A stretch of 64,000 nt of DNA, taken from the NCBI RefSeq assembly GCF_006345805.1, contig NC_043002.1, positions 38,068,001 through 38,132,000 on the forward strand, in the 5' to 3' direction. The stretch comes from Octopus sinensis. Its lineage: Eukaryota. The notes below the pieces were generated by a model. The model saw only the letters and a program-made list of their open reading frames with translations, did no database searches and was not told the origin of the DNA. The stretch's first letter is position 1. Each line of letters opens with the position of its first letter. The position numbers and the translations under genes were made by a program. Of the stretch, positions 25,544 to 39,754 are shown piece after piece.

Positions 25544-27874
25544 CACATAGCCTAGGGGTTAGGGTGTTGCACTCACGGTCTCGAGGCCGTGGTTTCAGTT
25601 TGTAGGTTGGGTGGTGCGTTGTGTTCTTAAGCAAAACACTTCAACTCACACTGCTCTGCGGTCACTTCGACACCTGACGCATTGTACACAGCGCACCTGT
25701 TCAAGGGACATCGATTTGATGGAGGGAGTTAACTAATGTACGGCACATACATTTGATTACTATAAACAAATCATTTGTGCAGGTCATTCAGCAAGTATGT
25801 AGATATGTACGTATGTGCGTGCGCGTGTGTGTATGTGATTTTATCTTTCATTCTGTTGGATAGATAAGACCAAATATTGGCGTTGATGTAATGGACTTCG
25901 CCCTCCTCTCAAAATTGCTGATATATTGCAAAGAATTAAGAATTATTTGTGACATTAATTACTAAGTCCACTTTTTTGAGATCGAGTTACTTACCTTCGT
26001 GTTGTTATTTTAAACAATACCAAGTAATTGTAACCTCTCCAGCCATTTGAAAAGGACAGTTAGATAAGTACCAGCTCTTTAACACACCCTTTCATTGTAC
26101 CCTGCTTCATTTTTCCACTTCTGTTGTATCTCAACTATAACGCTTCATCCATACTGCTGAGAAGCATCTACATCAGATACTGTAGCAAATACTTTGCTCA
26201 ATCCTTCTTTCTCAGACCCGGATCTTTCTGGAATTAATTTCATGTGTTCATATTTGTTTCCTATTTTATCATCAGTCTGCACACATTCAAACTGGATATC
26301 AGCTACCTCAGTTTCAACAACTCACTGCCATTCCCCTGTCTATGGAACCTTCATCAGCCATGTGTATTGCCAGCTTCTCTCCCCGAACTCACACATAAAC
26401 TATATAGCATAGCTATATTCCTATACTTAGACTTGGAAAGTTCAAACGTAGTTGACAGGTGTTTTAAATTTATTCTAAATCAGAGCAAGGGAAGTGCTAT
26501 GTTTCCCTGGTCTCTATTAATATACTAGAAATTATAATATTCATTTCAAATTTTGGCATTATCCTACAAATATTGGCTATGTGCGTTGTCGACCTGTTGG
26601 CCTAGTACTTGACTAATACTTATTTTATCGACTCCGGAGAGATTAAATACATAGACACTCCCATTGGGATTCGAGCTCTGAATGTAATGGGATGTAAGAA
26701 AAGAGTGCCAAACATTTCATCCAGCACTCCAACGAAGCTGCAAGTGAAGAATTCTCCAACTAACGTTCTTTCGGGAGAAATATAATGTTAAATTAAAATT
26801 TACGTTTTGCCTAGAGTTACTTATTATTCAGATTCGGGTTTAATACATTTTGGTTCCGTTCCGTCACGCTCATGATAATGAAAATGGTGAGAATAAATAG
26901 ATTAAATATGATAAAGAGGGAGACGTGTGTTTATAATGAAATACAAGAGTGGCTATAGACAGAGAGAAATATTTACGTCATAAAAGAAAGCGATGAATGG
27001 AAATAAGAGTGAAAGGAAACAAAAAGATAGTGGGAGTGAGAGAAAGTGAGGGAAAATGAAATGGAAGCACGCACACACACACGTACGTACGCACGCACGC
27101 ACACAGAGGCAGATAGAGATAAAAAGAGAGCAAGAGTTATGAAGATCTGATATTTTATCTCCGACCAAACATCCCGGTGAAGAAATTAGTGTTTGGTGAT
27201 GAAGATTCTGAACAGAAGCTAAACCAAAATAGAAGCGATGCATTTTTCACATTCCTTGACTGGCCTGAACTGTTCATCGTTTCCTACTGTGTAAACACCG
27301 GTGTTTTTGATTTGCTGAACATTTTTTTTCTTCTTTGGTCTTGTTATGCTATTATCGTAAAATATCAACTTTTAATTTTGAAATCTTATGCTGTTGTAAA
27401 TACATAATAAAAGAAAGCAAAAGGGGAAAATGTGAGAAAATATATTAAGAACGTAAACATAAATAATTAAGAAATTTGAAAGCGAAAGATAGGAGATGGA
27501 AAAAATAGGAAGATTTTTATGTTATTATTATAACTGTACTTGTTATAATGACTGCTGTCGTAGTAAAGATACTGTAAACAGCTTTGGTAGTGGTGATGTG
27601 GTAATTGTTGTTTTGACTTCATTTTGTGTACCGATCTTATCCACATAAATAATACTATTTTAATAGATGTAGTATCAGTTACTTAAAGTATTATTACTAC
27701 TCCGCCAATGTTAATGTTCTGCTTTAAATAATTATTATACCATTATTAAACTAGTCTTTATTTCAATCCTCCTAAATATTCCGCGAATGAAAATAGAATG
27801 AGCGAACATGTTTCAAACTAAGAGGTTAGGTTCATTCGCAAGAGTGTAAACAACAATAGCTACAAGAATATAGA

Positions 27875-28587
27875 GCGGCGAGCTGGCAGAAACGTTAGCA
27901 CGCCGGACGAAATGCTTAGCGGTATATCGTCTGCCGTTACGTTCTGAGTTCAAATTCCGCCGGGGTCGACTTTGCCTTTCATCCTTTCGGGGTCGGTTAC
28001 GCACTGGGGTCGATGTAATCGACTTAATCCGTTTGTCTGTCCTTGTTTGTCCCCTCTTTGTTTAGCCCCTTGTGGGTAGTAAAGAAATAGGTATTTCGTC
28101 TGCCGTTACGTTCTGAGCTCAAATTCCGCCGAGGTCGACTTTGCCTTTCATCCTTTCGGAGTCGATAAATTAAGTACCAGTTACGCACTGGGGTCGATGT
28201 AATCGAATTAATCCGTTTGTCTGTCCTTGTTTGTCCTCTCTGTGTTTAGCCCCTTGTGGGTAGTAAAGAAATAGGTATTTCGTCTGCCGTTACGTTCTGA
28301 GCTCAAATTCCGCCGAGGTCGACTTTGCCTTTCATCCTTTCGGAGTCGATAAATTAAGTACCAGTTACGCACTGGGGTCGATATAATCGAATTAATCCGT
28401 TTGTCTGTCCTTGTTTGTCCTCTCTGTGTTTAGCCCCTTGTGGGTAGTAAAGAAATAGGTATTTAGTCTGCCGTTACGTTCTGAGTTCAAATTCCGCCGA
28501 ATTCAAATTTGTCCGAGTTTAAATTCCGCTGAGTTCAAATTGTCCCCTCGGAGTTTAGCACCCGCCCCCGTGGGCAACAAAAAAGTA
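27875..28587 (+). mobile_element. Multimeric tRNA-derived SINE (one head + ~3.3 tandem bodies, 184-bp period) flanked by 14-bp TSD
   Basis: Body starts at 27922, 28091, 28275 and 28459; aatagctacaagaa at 27855-27868 and 28588-28601. Confidence 0.88.
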
Positions 28588-28750
28588 AATAGCTACAAGA
28601 ACTTAGGAATGGTGGCGTGGTTAGGAAGTTTGCTTTGGAAAGACATAGGTTCCTGTTCAATCTCACTTCACGGTACTTTCAGCCAGTGTCTTCTGTTATA
28701 CCACTGAGCCAACCAATGCTTTCTGAGTAAATCTGGCATGCAGTAATAAT

Positions 28751-29110
28751 GTGAAAGACCGTGTTATATACAAACGAACTTTGATGCAAAACTATTTGGA
28801 CAAAAGATTTAGGGTGGGAGTAATCCTACCGTCCTTCGACACAGAGTGGATAATAGCCGTAATTATTTATTCGGAGATGAGGAAGGAAAGGAAAGACGTG
28901 AGGAATGGCATGATAAGCCGAACCCAACAAGTGAAGTGTTGGGGGTACGGATTAGAGATAATTTGTGCAGTGAGCCCAAAATATTACGACGAAATACCTG
29001 AAATTTTAGAGCTACCAAATGAAGAAAAGTTGGAGATAATGTTCAAGGGGAGACCCCCAAAGTGTTACGAATGTGGTGAAAGAGGGCACTTCAGATAGAA
29101 ATGCCCTAGA
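28751..29110 (+). pseudogene. LINE ORF1 fragment (Tx1/L1-like) with CCHC zinc knuckle
   Basis: IPEILELPNEEKLEIMFKGRPPKCYECGERGHFR*KCP: C-x2-C-x4-H-x4-C read through a stop, followed by a K/E-rich tail. Confidence 0.65.
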
Positions 29111-30117
29111 GCAGCAGTAGAGGAGAGTATTCAGGTGAACATAATGGCAGAAAAACTACAGAAACATAAAAAAAGAGCATGACGGGAACTTTGAGGAGGT
29201 GAAAGCAAGAAAAAGAGAGAGAAGGAAGTCGCCGACGATAATGGAATTGAAGAAGTATAAAGCAATGGAAGGGGAAACCCAACCAACGACGAGAAACGGG
29301 GAACATTTACCAGTAGGATCACCAGTAAAGGACTTACATGTACAGAACCATTTAGACCAGCAGACACTCAAACACATAGAAATGTAAAAGCAGATAAGTA
29401 ATAACGAACAGAAACAAGACAATCCAGAATTACGGAAACCTAAAGATGTGCACACACAGGCAAAACGCGCAGAATTATAGTCAAACAAACACACAGACAC
29501 GCAAATACAATCACACGAAAGCCAAAAAACTGCAGAAACATAGAGACAAAAAGAACCAACAAGCAAAACACGAACAAAAAGCAAACTATAGTGAAATATA
29601 GGACACACCAAAGTTGAAAGAATTTCAGAATTGGAAGACATTATGAAAGAGTGAATCCACTGAGGCCGGAGGTGGATGTTGAACCTCGCGCCTCGGTGGT
29701 GAATTATGTGGACGGAAAGAAGATGAAGTGGTAAGTCGCGGTTAATTTTTACGACTATGAAATGCTGAGAAGAACATTTGGTTAAACATTTTGTTTAAAA
29801 AAAAAAGAAAATAAGTAAATCCTGTATGAACATTTGTTTAAAACGCTTTAAAATTGTAAGGTGAAAGCGAAAAGGGAAGTCGCGGTTTCGCCTCGGGTCG
29901 AGGCTGGAGCCTGTTATTTAAAATGTAAAGTTTTAAATGGAATTCACGGTTTCATCTCGGAGTGGGAGCGAGATGGCCGTTTCATTTCATTGTAAATTAA
30001 TTCATTTTACATTCATCCATTCATGTGTTTTTTTTTCTTCCCGCATGTCTGTGTGTGTCCCGTGTGTGTTAGGCCTTGTGTCTGTACTAAAGAATTAATC
30101 TCTAGCAGACGAGTTGT

Positions 30118-30168
30118 CCAGTACCGAAGAGTGGCAAAAATAGCCCGAAACCAGGACTGGTCTCCTGG
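30118..30168 (+). ncRNA. Degenerate type I hammerhead ribozyme (U4>C)
   Basis: ccagta CCGAAGA gtggc-aaaaata-gccc GAAA ccaggactggT C tcctgg. Stem III is accag/ctggt, stem I pairs 5 of 6, GUC triplet. Confidence 0.45.
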
Positions 30169-30399
30169 TACCGTCGCTAGAAGATGATAGGGGTTCGCTC
30201 CCCTGCTCGCGATTTCATCGGATGCAGCTGTGCATCTTTAACCAGCTAGAGAGGATGTCCTCTTGAGTTTAAAATATCGCAATAGAGTTCGCTCAAACGG
30301 ATAGCCATGTTAAAGTGGCTACGAATATTACTTATATATGGTCAAAATATCATACATTTGAATAAGAAGCAGACTCTAAAGAATAGAGTTGTAAAGCAA

Positions 30400-31553
30400 T
30401 AAAGTTAAAGTCTGGTTATAGAGTGACCAATGGCTTCACATCCACGAAAGCTGCTACCTTGTGGACAGTTTATCTGATTCTCTACAAAGGCAAATTTAAC
30501 TCTTCACCTCGCGGAGGTGGAGAAAGGCTACGGTGAATTGGTCAAACGACCATCAGAGAAAAACGTTAGTGAAGACGGGTTGTTTCCCCTTGACCAGCGA
30601 TTGATTGGAAGTGGAGGAGGCCTATTTCGTAAGGTCTCTTACGAGCCTAATCAGTGAACGGAGAATCCCAACTTTGCAGGAGGTAGCGCTGAAAATGGAT
30701 ACATCGTGTGGATATTTCTTTACAGCTATTCAACGAGCCAAGTTTAGAATACATTTTAAGAATTTTGGCTCGCTTAGCGATGCAGATGTTGTGCAGCGCC
30801 CGCTCTTATTAGTTTGAGGACTTGGTTGTTCAAAGATTTTCCACCTGATATCATCTGGAGTTCCTTGATTTCTGAGGTGCTCGGTATGGTTGGTTAGGGA
30901 CGTGACGAAACGTCTTACTGGGACCCAGAATAATGATTGGTAGTTGCAGGAGCATCGCTTGAAATTTGTGCTAGTCGATCCGATGTATTTACAGGCTTCG
31001 GTGTTGGCTATGTTCTGGTTGGCTCCGGGCCTGGGGATGTTGGTGGTGTCACCGGTGTTGTTGGGACTGCTATCATTATGATGCATTAGTTCGGCGGTGA
31101 TGATATATCTGTTGTCGCCACTGTTGTTATTGCCGAGGAGGCCATGTCTGGCCATAGTGTTGGCGCTGTTGCTGCCAGAGTATCGCGGATACCGCAGGTG
31201 GTAACGTAGGGTGCGGAGCCTGTTACATTCGCATTGTTATTGGTACTGGTCTGGTCAACCTCACTGGTGTCCTTGGTACCAGACTGACTGTCTTCTCTGA
31301 TTAGGCTCGTGAGAGACCATACAAAATAGATCCTCACTTCCAATTAATCGCCGTTCCAGAGGAAGACAACCCGTCGCCACTAACGTTTTTCTCTGCTGGT
31401 CGTTCGACCAATTGAGCGCACCGTTTCTCCGCCTCCCCGAGGGGAATAGTGAGGTTTGTCTTAGTATAGAGTCTGATGAGCTGTCCATAAGGTTGCAGCT
31501 TTCGTGGATGCGAAACTACTGGTCATTATATGACCATACCTTAACTTTAGTGA
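30400..31553 (-). mobile_element. 5'-truncated Penelope-like element: GIY-YIG tail flanked by inverted pLTR copies
   Basis: KYIGSTSTNFKR...TSLTNHTEHLRNQG...IRWKIFEQ...GRCTTSASLSEPKF on minus; 30400-30657 is the diverged reverse complement of 31297-31553. Confidence 0.85.
31465..31532 (+). ncRNA. Putative type I hammerhead ribozyme in inverted pLTR
   Basis: tatagagt CTGATGA gctgtccat...gtggatgc GAAA ctactg GTC attatat; the sister copy supplies the perfect stem I partner actctata. Confidence 0.65.
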
Positions 31554-31602
31554 CTTAATATATATATGTGTGTGTATATATATGTTTGTATATATATGTA
31601 TG

Positions 31603-31700
<98 letters not shown>

Positions 31701-32157
31701 TATATATACAAAGCTGTTTGTATGATTGTGTATAGAAGAATATATTACTCAGAGGAATTCCAACTCTGCCTTTCACGTTTTATTTATAATCTTCTAATAT
31801 TAATATAAGATATAAAATAATATAGTAAAATGAAATGAAATGAAGTATTAATTGTCTATTCTTATTGAACAAATGAAATATTAGATGTCCATTCTTATTG
31901 AACTTGTATCTTTTCTTGCACTTATGCAATCTTCAAGTTCATTGGTCGTGACAGATGTGATCTTTGGTTTCAACTGTGTTTGACGGGTTTCATTTTGTCC
32001 TTTGGATAGATGTAGTAGTTGCTTGGCTATTTTTAGAAATAGTACCATACCATTTTTCAATGTTTATTCTTAAAAAAATGATGAAGCAATACTTTTTAGA
32101 GATTTTTATTTTTTATATATGAGGATAAAACTTTTGAACCTTAAATGAGATTTTTTA

Positions 32158-33190
32158 TCATTGTTTATTAAGCTTCGGTTTGAATTTATTAATACAGTCT
32201 TTTTCTCTCAGTTTTCTCTCGATTTCATTCAGTTTATGAAATGGAAATATTATAAATATTTTCAGGCCACATGTTCCTAGGTGGTATGTGGCGGACTTCT
32301 GAATGTTTAATTTCTTGTCCGTACACACGTGAGCGTTCTGATAGTGCATTGCCTGTCTGGCCAACATACAGTTCTTCACAATTCAGGCATTTGATGCAGT
32401 AGATTAAATTTCTGCTTTCACAGTTCATATTTGCGTTTGTGAGTATTTCCCCCGTTTTTGTGTTCATATATGGGCCGGTATGAATTAATTGGTATGTACC
32501 GCATCGGCTATCATTGCATTTAGATACAGTGAATGGTTGGTCTTTGTTGCTAAGGTCAAACATTACCTTTGTTAATAACTTTTTCAAGCTTTTCGGCTGT
32601 CTTTTACTGAGAGTTATAGTTGGGTCTGTAATGATATTTCTCAATTCCTTACTTTAAGCAATGATTGGTAGGTTTGCTTCAGCGATATTGAATATATTCT
32701 GGTGGCATTGATTGTGCGACACTATAAATAGTATGATTTGTTCTTGTTTTTCTCTTCTTTGTGCTGTACTCAGTTGTTGTGTGGGTATTTTCATAGTCCA
32801 CTGAATACCATTTTCTATAAGTAATGACGGGTATTTTTGTTTGAGCAGAAATTCTTTCAATTCCATCAGGTGCTGATTCCCGATCTTCAAATCTTCTACA
32901 ATGGTACTGATTCTTCTAGCTAAGCAGTATGGGATATTACATTTTGTATGCGGTGGATGGCACAATTTCAGGTATTGATGTGCATCTGTGTGTTTATAAT
33001 GTATATCTGTGGTAATGGTGTTGTTCTTTTTCATTACCATTATATCTAGGAATAGTCATTAGGTACTGCTCATCTCCTTTGTAAATTGGATGGATGGGTG
33101 TAGGTTGTTCAGGAGGATATTGAATTCTTCCACAGTGTTTTGAGCTTTTGTCCAGATTATGAAGCAATCTCTTCCATGCCTTTTCAATAT
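32158..33190 (-). pseudogene. Penelope-like RT thumb + GIY-YIG fragment
   Basis: TDIHYKHTDAHQYL..CHPPHTKCNIPYCLARRI, KCNDSRCGT, NLIYCIKCLNCEELYVGQT, FPFHKL...KFKPKLN*; same subgroup as 4974-8080. Confidence 0.88.
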
Positions 33191-33259
33191 ACTTCCTAAA
33201 GGGAACAATAACCTGCATATACTTCCTAAAGGGAACAATAATCTCCATCAATTCGAAGA

Positions 33260-33857
33260 ACATCTCTGTCAATGGTATGCCACGCCATGTTTTGGACGTG
33301 CGGAAGATTGTCAATTCCTCAGAGGATGGAACCAGCAGGAGTGGACAAAGGGATGGTGACATCAGCAGGAGGCAAGATGATGAAGCCAGCAACGGATGAT
33401 GAAGCCAGTAGAACTCAGGCTAGTCCCGGGGTTGCACGGCGACCAAAGAGGGAGCGGCACCCTCCTTCCTGGTTGGCTAATTATGAAACCAGTTAAGGTG
33501 TGAGTTCGGGAGCGAGGAGTGAGTGGGAAAGCCGGTTGAATGCTCTGTAGATCAGGGAGGCGTGTGGTGTTAGTGGTGTTATGAGCTGTGATGAGCTTTG
33601 AGGTGTTGTTTGAGAGGATTGCAAATGAGGTAAACGGTAGTAAACACTGCAGGGGCCGGCGGAAGTGCCACGAGGCATGCGCGGGCAAAAAGTACGTGGT
33701 CGCAATTCGATGAGAGGCGGCGAGTGTGGAACGACGTGTTTTTCTTCACGATAATGACAGTGATCGCTCATCCCGCCTCGGTCAACGGGTAAGGTCACTC
33801 TATTTCTTTCTCACTTTTTCTTCTTTTTCTGTTGTCTTTTTCCTCCATCACACAACA
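33260..33857 (+). mobile_element. Ty3/Gypsy integrase tail, PPT and putative 3' LTR
   Basis: ARRPKRERHPPSWLANYETS* matches the RRS.R...P.WL.DY integrase tail; purine-rich cagggaggc precedes TGT (33563) ... ACA (33857). Confidence 0.55.
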
Positions 33858-34989
33858 TATACGATAAAGTTAGTATCAGTATAATGTTGGAGTAGTGTTC
33901 AGGGTTTTAGGAAGTAATTATACACGCAGTGACAGGGTCTATGAGGGCCGAAGTTGGCTGTGGTAACAAAATCTGTTCATCATATATTCAAATAGACTTT
34001 CATTTTGAGCATATTGTCTTGTTTGCGGTAGTGTTTTGTAGTTATCTTTCTCAGATTATGATAACAAATCTCTTTCCCTCTTGTTTTATGCTTTGCAACT
34101 CGTTGCTATTTGTGAAATGCAGATATGAAGCGAAGACAATATTATAATGAAAAGTAGTTTAAAGCAAAGAGTACATCTATCATACCGACATAAAAATTGT
34201 TCAATGGGTATGATGCATTCAGACAGAATAAGTTCTAATAAATTTGTTAAATAAGTGTCATTGTTTATCTTTTGAAATTATTCTAATTATTTTCTATTAA
34301 ATAATTCTGGTACACCATATTTAGGGCTGTCAGTTGACAGAAACAATTGAGAGCCAGACTAAATATCCTACAACACTTACTCTGCTCATTAGCGCCTAAC
34401 GCTCTCGGTTGAAAACCTACCATGGTCAATTTTACCATTCTTACGTATATGATTAAAAAGAAATATCAGCAATATGCTATGTTAAATTAATCCATATGGA
34501 AGAGGAAGTGGTAGCCCTTTGTAAGAAACCAATGGTAGTAGAGGATAGTGTAATGTGTATACTTTGCCCCATTCACAATAGTATTTGAGTTTACATAACA
34601 ACAAAAATACTGGAAATGACAATTCAATCGTTTGAATATTGAACTGGCAGACAGTCATTTTTTAAGAGTTGATAAATATGAAGTAGGTTTTAATTTTTTG
34701 TAATGCTTTGGTATACAACGATAATACCATTATAATTTAGAAATGCAATGTAGTTTTCATTAAAGTTACATAAATGTAGCATCTTAAATGTGAGCAGTGT
34801 AGTTATATGACGCATTGTTTTACGGAATGTGAAGAAGATTTTCAACACACACACAACACACATATTCATGTGTACAATTGTTCATTAAAATAAAGAGATT
34901 GAGTAAATTCTGATTCAGCTTTGAAAATAGATCTTACGCATTGAGATACGAATATAAAAAACACATGAACAATGACTCAAATATTTCCA

Positions 34990-35345
<356 letters not shown>

Positions 35346-37703
35346 TGTAGAAGATGGCTGTTGAATATTTCAATTCGTGAAAAATTATTGTCAGATGCCT
35401 TTTCTAATTTCTGGAATATTTTATAGCGAAAGCATTGTGAAACATTACGTTGTTATGTAAAATTTATTATATTTTAATTTTTCTTATACTAAAATGGAGG
35501 CACTTAAGAGTACAGCGCGAGAAATTCATACCTTCTTTAAGAGTTCTTGATTACTATGTGATGGCGAAAGACTTTTGACATTAAAGAAACTATTTCATCA
35601 CAATATATTTCTTAGTTTTTTACTTATAATATACTACCATTCAGTAAGAAACAGTCACCCCTTAATTTCCTTTGTAGCAAAAATAATCATACTTTGTTAT
35701 GCATTATAGCAGAAAAAGTATCCACTAAATAATAATATATCCAGTAGTCTCTATTTCTAATGGAGCCCGTCTTAGCAAACATTAAAGAGTAAGTATGTAA
35801 TGGGCTGATTGTCTGTCAGCTGATCTTCATCTTATTTACTTCTCTCCCACTATATCTAAGAGCAATTTCATTCATGGCTGTTACAAAACTACAAATCAAT
35901 ATCCTCCTAACAACGATATTCTTGATGAGTATGTTATAAATAGCCTGCTTCTCGTGTTTGCTAAGAGAATCTTTAATCTGTGTTGGGGGGAAATATCAAG
36001 TAGTCCAGCTCTGATATATAATCTCTAACCAGCAGACGATAAATACAATACACTGAGGATTTTTCCTTTCTGCATTGTATTTATCACGTGTTCATATATC
36101 CACTAATTCTTTTCAGTCCATTGCAATCATCGACGATGTTTCCTTTTGCATGGAAATATTGTTTGAGCTGCCTTTCGCATGATCAGTTTACTCTGTTTAG
36201 GATGACTCTATAAAATTCATAATAATATGCCATATTATTTCATTGTTCTTATCACTACGCTATATAATTATCATTGATGCTTTGCTTTGTGAACAGTGCA
36301 TCTGAAATTCAATTAAAGACGCCAAAATTTGAGACAGTAAACGAGCGGTTTTGAATAATTTCGTACAAAAATAGATATGTCAGAATTTACAAACAGCAAT
36401 ATATCTAGTGCAAGAACTGAGAAAAATTTCCTGCCGAAAATCTATGATGTATATTTGTGAAATGTGATAAGTTAAATTGTTTTAAAATGATATGGAGTGA
36501 TTTTAGCGAACTTGTTATTTAACATGGCACTTTATAACACACAGAGTATTAGAAAAGTCTTAAGAAGTAAGACAAGAATTAAGTGAGAAAGTACTTGATA
36601 CAGAGAAAGTAAGAAAGTACTTGAAACAGTAAAATTACACAGCATTTCAGTGATAGATTTGGTTAATATGATTTAAATGCTTTATTGAGAAATCCTTTCA
36701 GTTAATCCTTTAAACATCATATCATAATATTGCGATGGGTTTTTCACAACATGAACTTACAAAACTGCACTGGTAAATGCACGCAATATTTGAAGACAGA
36801 GAAAGAACAGTAAAGTTGAATGGCGACGCCAGTTGAAGATTTTCTTACATGAGTAGCGATGAATCATGCTGAAAAGAGCCTTTGCGGAGATCATACAGAA
36901 TACCGAGAGTGACTTTTATTTGGAAGAAACTTTTTCAAGTTATTTCAAGTTCAATTACCTCTGTGTTTTATCACTCTGGCAATAATGTTATTGCAATCTG
37001 CTATATATGTACTCTTCTAGAGACTAGAAGCAATCATCAGAAATAGAGGTTGATATATAACGTAAAATAGTTGGCCATGGTGGATGCAATATGCTTTACA
37101 GAAGTATATTCATATCAGATGTGTAACCAGCACAACAGTGTACATAGACACAAACACATAATGACACGCAGTTTCTCAACTATGTTAAATTTGTAAAAGT
37201 AAAAATGGCGGTCATATTTTAAATATATGGAAATCCTCTAGAAGTAAACGTAGCAAAGTCTGATGGATATGGATATGGATGTCATTAAATGTATTTTGAC
37301 ATTATTTGTACATGAAGAGACCAGTTATACGAAACGAAGAAACCATCTTCCCCGTCTCTATATCCTGCTTTCGTTCTCTCTCTCTTTCTTTCTCTCCCCC
37401 TCTCTCTCTCTCTCTCTCTCTCCCTGTATATATATATACGGTGGTGCCCCAGCAAGGTCGCAGCCTTCGGGCTGAAACATTTTAAAGAATTTAAGGATTT
37501 ATATATATCAAAAATTGTGAAGCATGACTGTTACCACTACTACATGAACCTGAAGATTGCAGAATTTAATGCATGAAAGTACTAGTTCAATCAGAATGAA
37601 CATTTAACATTCTATTATTTTATTTTATTTTATTATATTATCTTATATCATTATTAGATTGTAAATAAAACGTGAAAATCAGGCAAGGTCGGAATTCCTT
37701 TTA

Positions 37704-37737
<34 letters not shown>

Positions 37738-37739
37738 AT

Positions 37740-39300
37740 TGTTAAACAGGACGTCAAACATTAAGGCAAACATCTCAAGTCATATACAATTTTATCACAG
37801 GAAGAAATTCGAAATCCTACAGCTCTTCCTGGGATATCCTCGAGTATGGAATATTCCGTCATCAGAGACAAATTGGGGAAAATATGGAAAATGAGAAAGG
37901 TATATATCAATAAGATGATAACATAGAGGAAGGGAGTAAAAGAATAAACAGATGGAAAGAGAAGAAAAAGAGGCATAAAAAGTTCATAGTTCAAATTTCT
38001 GAAGTTATTGAAACCAAAGCATGAGACCTTAGGCAGAATCCTATGTATATCCATGAGTATAAGTCTTTAGGTGCAATCCTGCGTATATCCATGTGGGTTA
38101 AAGTGCATATATATTAGATATTCCAAGAAAAAGATGCGAACATATCAATGTTCAATAAGAGAATGGTGGCAGATGTGTCTGTTAAGTGGTCAAAGTAGAG
38201 AAAAGAAAAGAAATAGAAAGAGGGTTAGATAGAGTGAGGTACGGAGGATTTTAAGGATTGGCTATAGGATAAAGTAATGTGTATATGTGTATGGTTTTTA
38301 AGAATTATGTATGGGGTAGCCGAGAAGATAAAGAGGATGACGAGGTAGAGGAAGATAGGGTAAAAAAAATAGAGCGAAATGAAAGGAATTTGAAGAGAGT
38401 AATAGATGCCCGGTAGTTTCAAATTCTAAAGTTGTTGGGGAGGAAATTTGGTAGTAATTGCTTGAATCCGTCCTGGCTAAGGTCAGTGGCTCTAGAGTTA
38501 TTTTTACCAATGGGGCTGTGTGTGCGTAGGTGGTCGAGAAATGGAGAGCTAGTTGAATATTAAATTATTTATGAGTGGGAGTTAGAGTTAGGGATTTATA
38601 TTAGGGGATTTGGGGGATTAAGGTTTAAAATAAATTAAAAGATTAATCTTATAGTGTGATGAGGTACGGTAGATAGATATGAGGTAAGAAATAAGATAGA
38701 AATAAGAGTTATAGAGATATAGAAGGGGTATGCGTTAATGTTCATAGGGATGTGTATGTGGGTACTATAAAAGGGGGTGTGCATATATATAGATTTATGA
38801 AAGAATTTAAAAGTGCAGAAGAATTTGCGCTTACAATAGTGAAGGCCTCGTTGTATTTATTAAGCATCTGTGGTGAGTTGTGGGTTAGAATTTTGAGAGC
38901 TTCTTTTAAGCAAATTCTACAACTAGAGTGGTGGCTCTGATATGAGGTACCCTAGTCTATTATAGCCCAGAAAAGTTAATGTATTTTTCTATAAATAAGA
39001 TGTTGTATGTGGCTGGCTAGTGATGTGGGATTACTATTCTTATATTTAAACGAGTTTCAATGTGCGTAATACCTTTGTTCAAAAATCGGTGCTAGAACCA
39101 ATGTAGTAGCAACAGGAATTATCGACCATGTTGTGAACAGTGCATCGGTATACGACGTTGAATCTTCTGCATTGGGCTTGCAGCGGGCAAACTGTGCGGG
39201 ATATGCAATTGCTGTTAATCGGTTCCTTGGTGGTTAGTTGGAGAGAGAGATGAGGTAGTGCTGGTGGTAGCTAGGGTGAAATTAGGCGAATCGATCGTGA
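37740..39300 (-). mobile_element. Penelope-like 3' fragment: GIY-YIG (38810-39210) plus 3' UTR/pLTR
   Basis: CPLQAQCRRFNVVYRCTVHNMVDNSCCYYIGSSTDFEQRYYAH*NSFKY..TSLASHI...CRICLKEALKIL...MLNKYNE; ends beside (TA)n. Confidence 0.8.
37814..37870 (-). ncRNA. Degenerate hammerhead ribozyme, homolog of 20275-20352
   Basis: tgtct CTGATGA cggaata...gatatccca GGAA gagctgt A ggat; same strand as, and downstream of, the GIY-YIG frame. Confidence 0.45.
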
Positions 39301-39329
39301 TATTGCGGCTATTATTGCTGTGTATATGC

Positions 39330-39367
<38 letters not shown>

Positions 39368-39722
39368 TATATATTATATATATATATATATGCGTGTATA
39401 TATATATATATATATATATAGTTAATCCAAACAAGAAAACACAAAAAAACAAAAAAACACAGCAACGCGAGGACGTGGAACAAATAAAGTATTATTGGGC
39501 GCTCAGGAAAGAAGGGAAGAAGGGGGGTTTAACGTTTCGAGCGGAGCTCTTCGCCGGAAACATAGGAGAAGAAAAGATCCCGAGAAGGGATGACAGAGGA
39601 AACAAATCGCCAGAGGTACTCACGAGGTCGCATATTGAACATATATATATATATATATATAACATATATATACATAATATATATGTATGAGTGATTGCGT
39701 GTGTGCGCGCGTTTGTGTCTCA

Positions 39723-39754
<32 letters not shown>

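Noticed and set aside
27150-27410. Short open frames on both strands in unique sequence
   Set aside because: No recognisable motif or clear splice pair.
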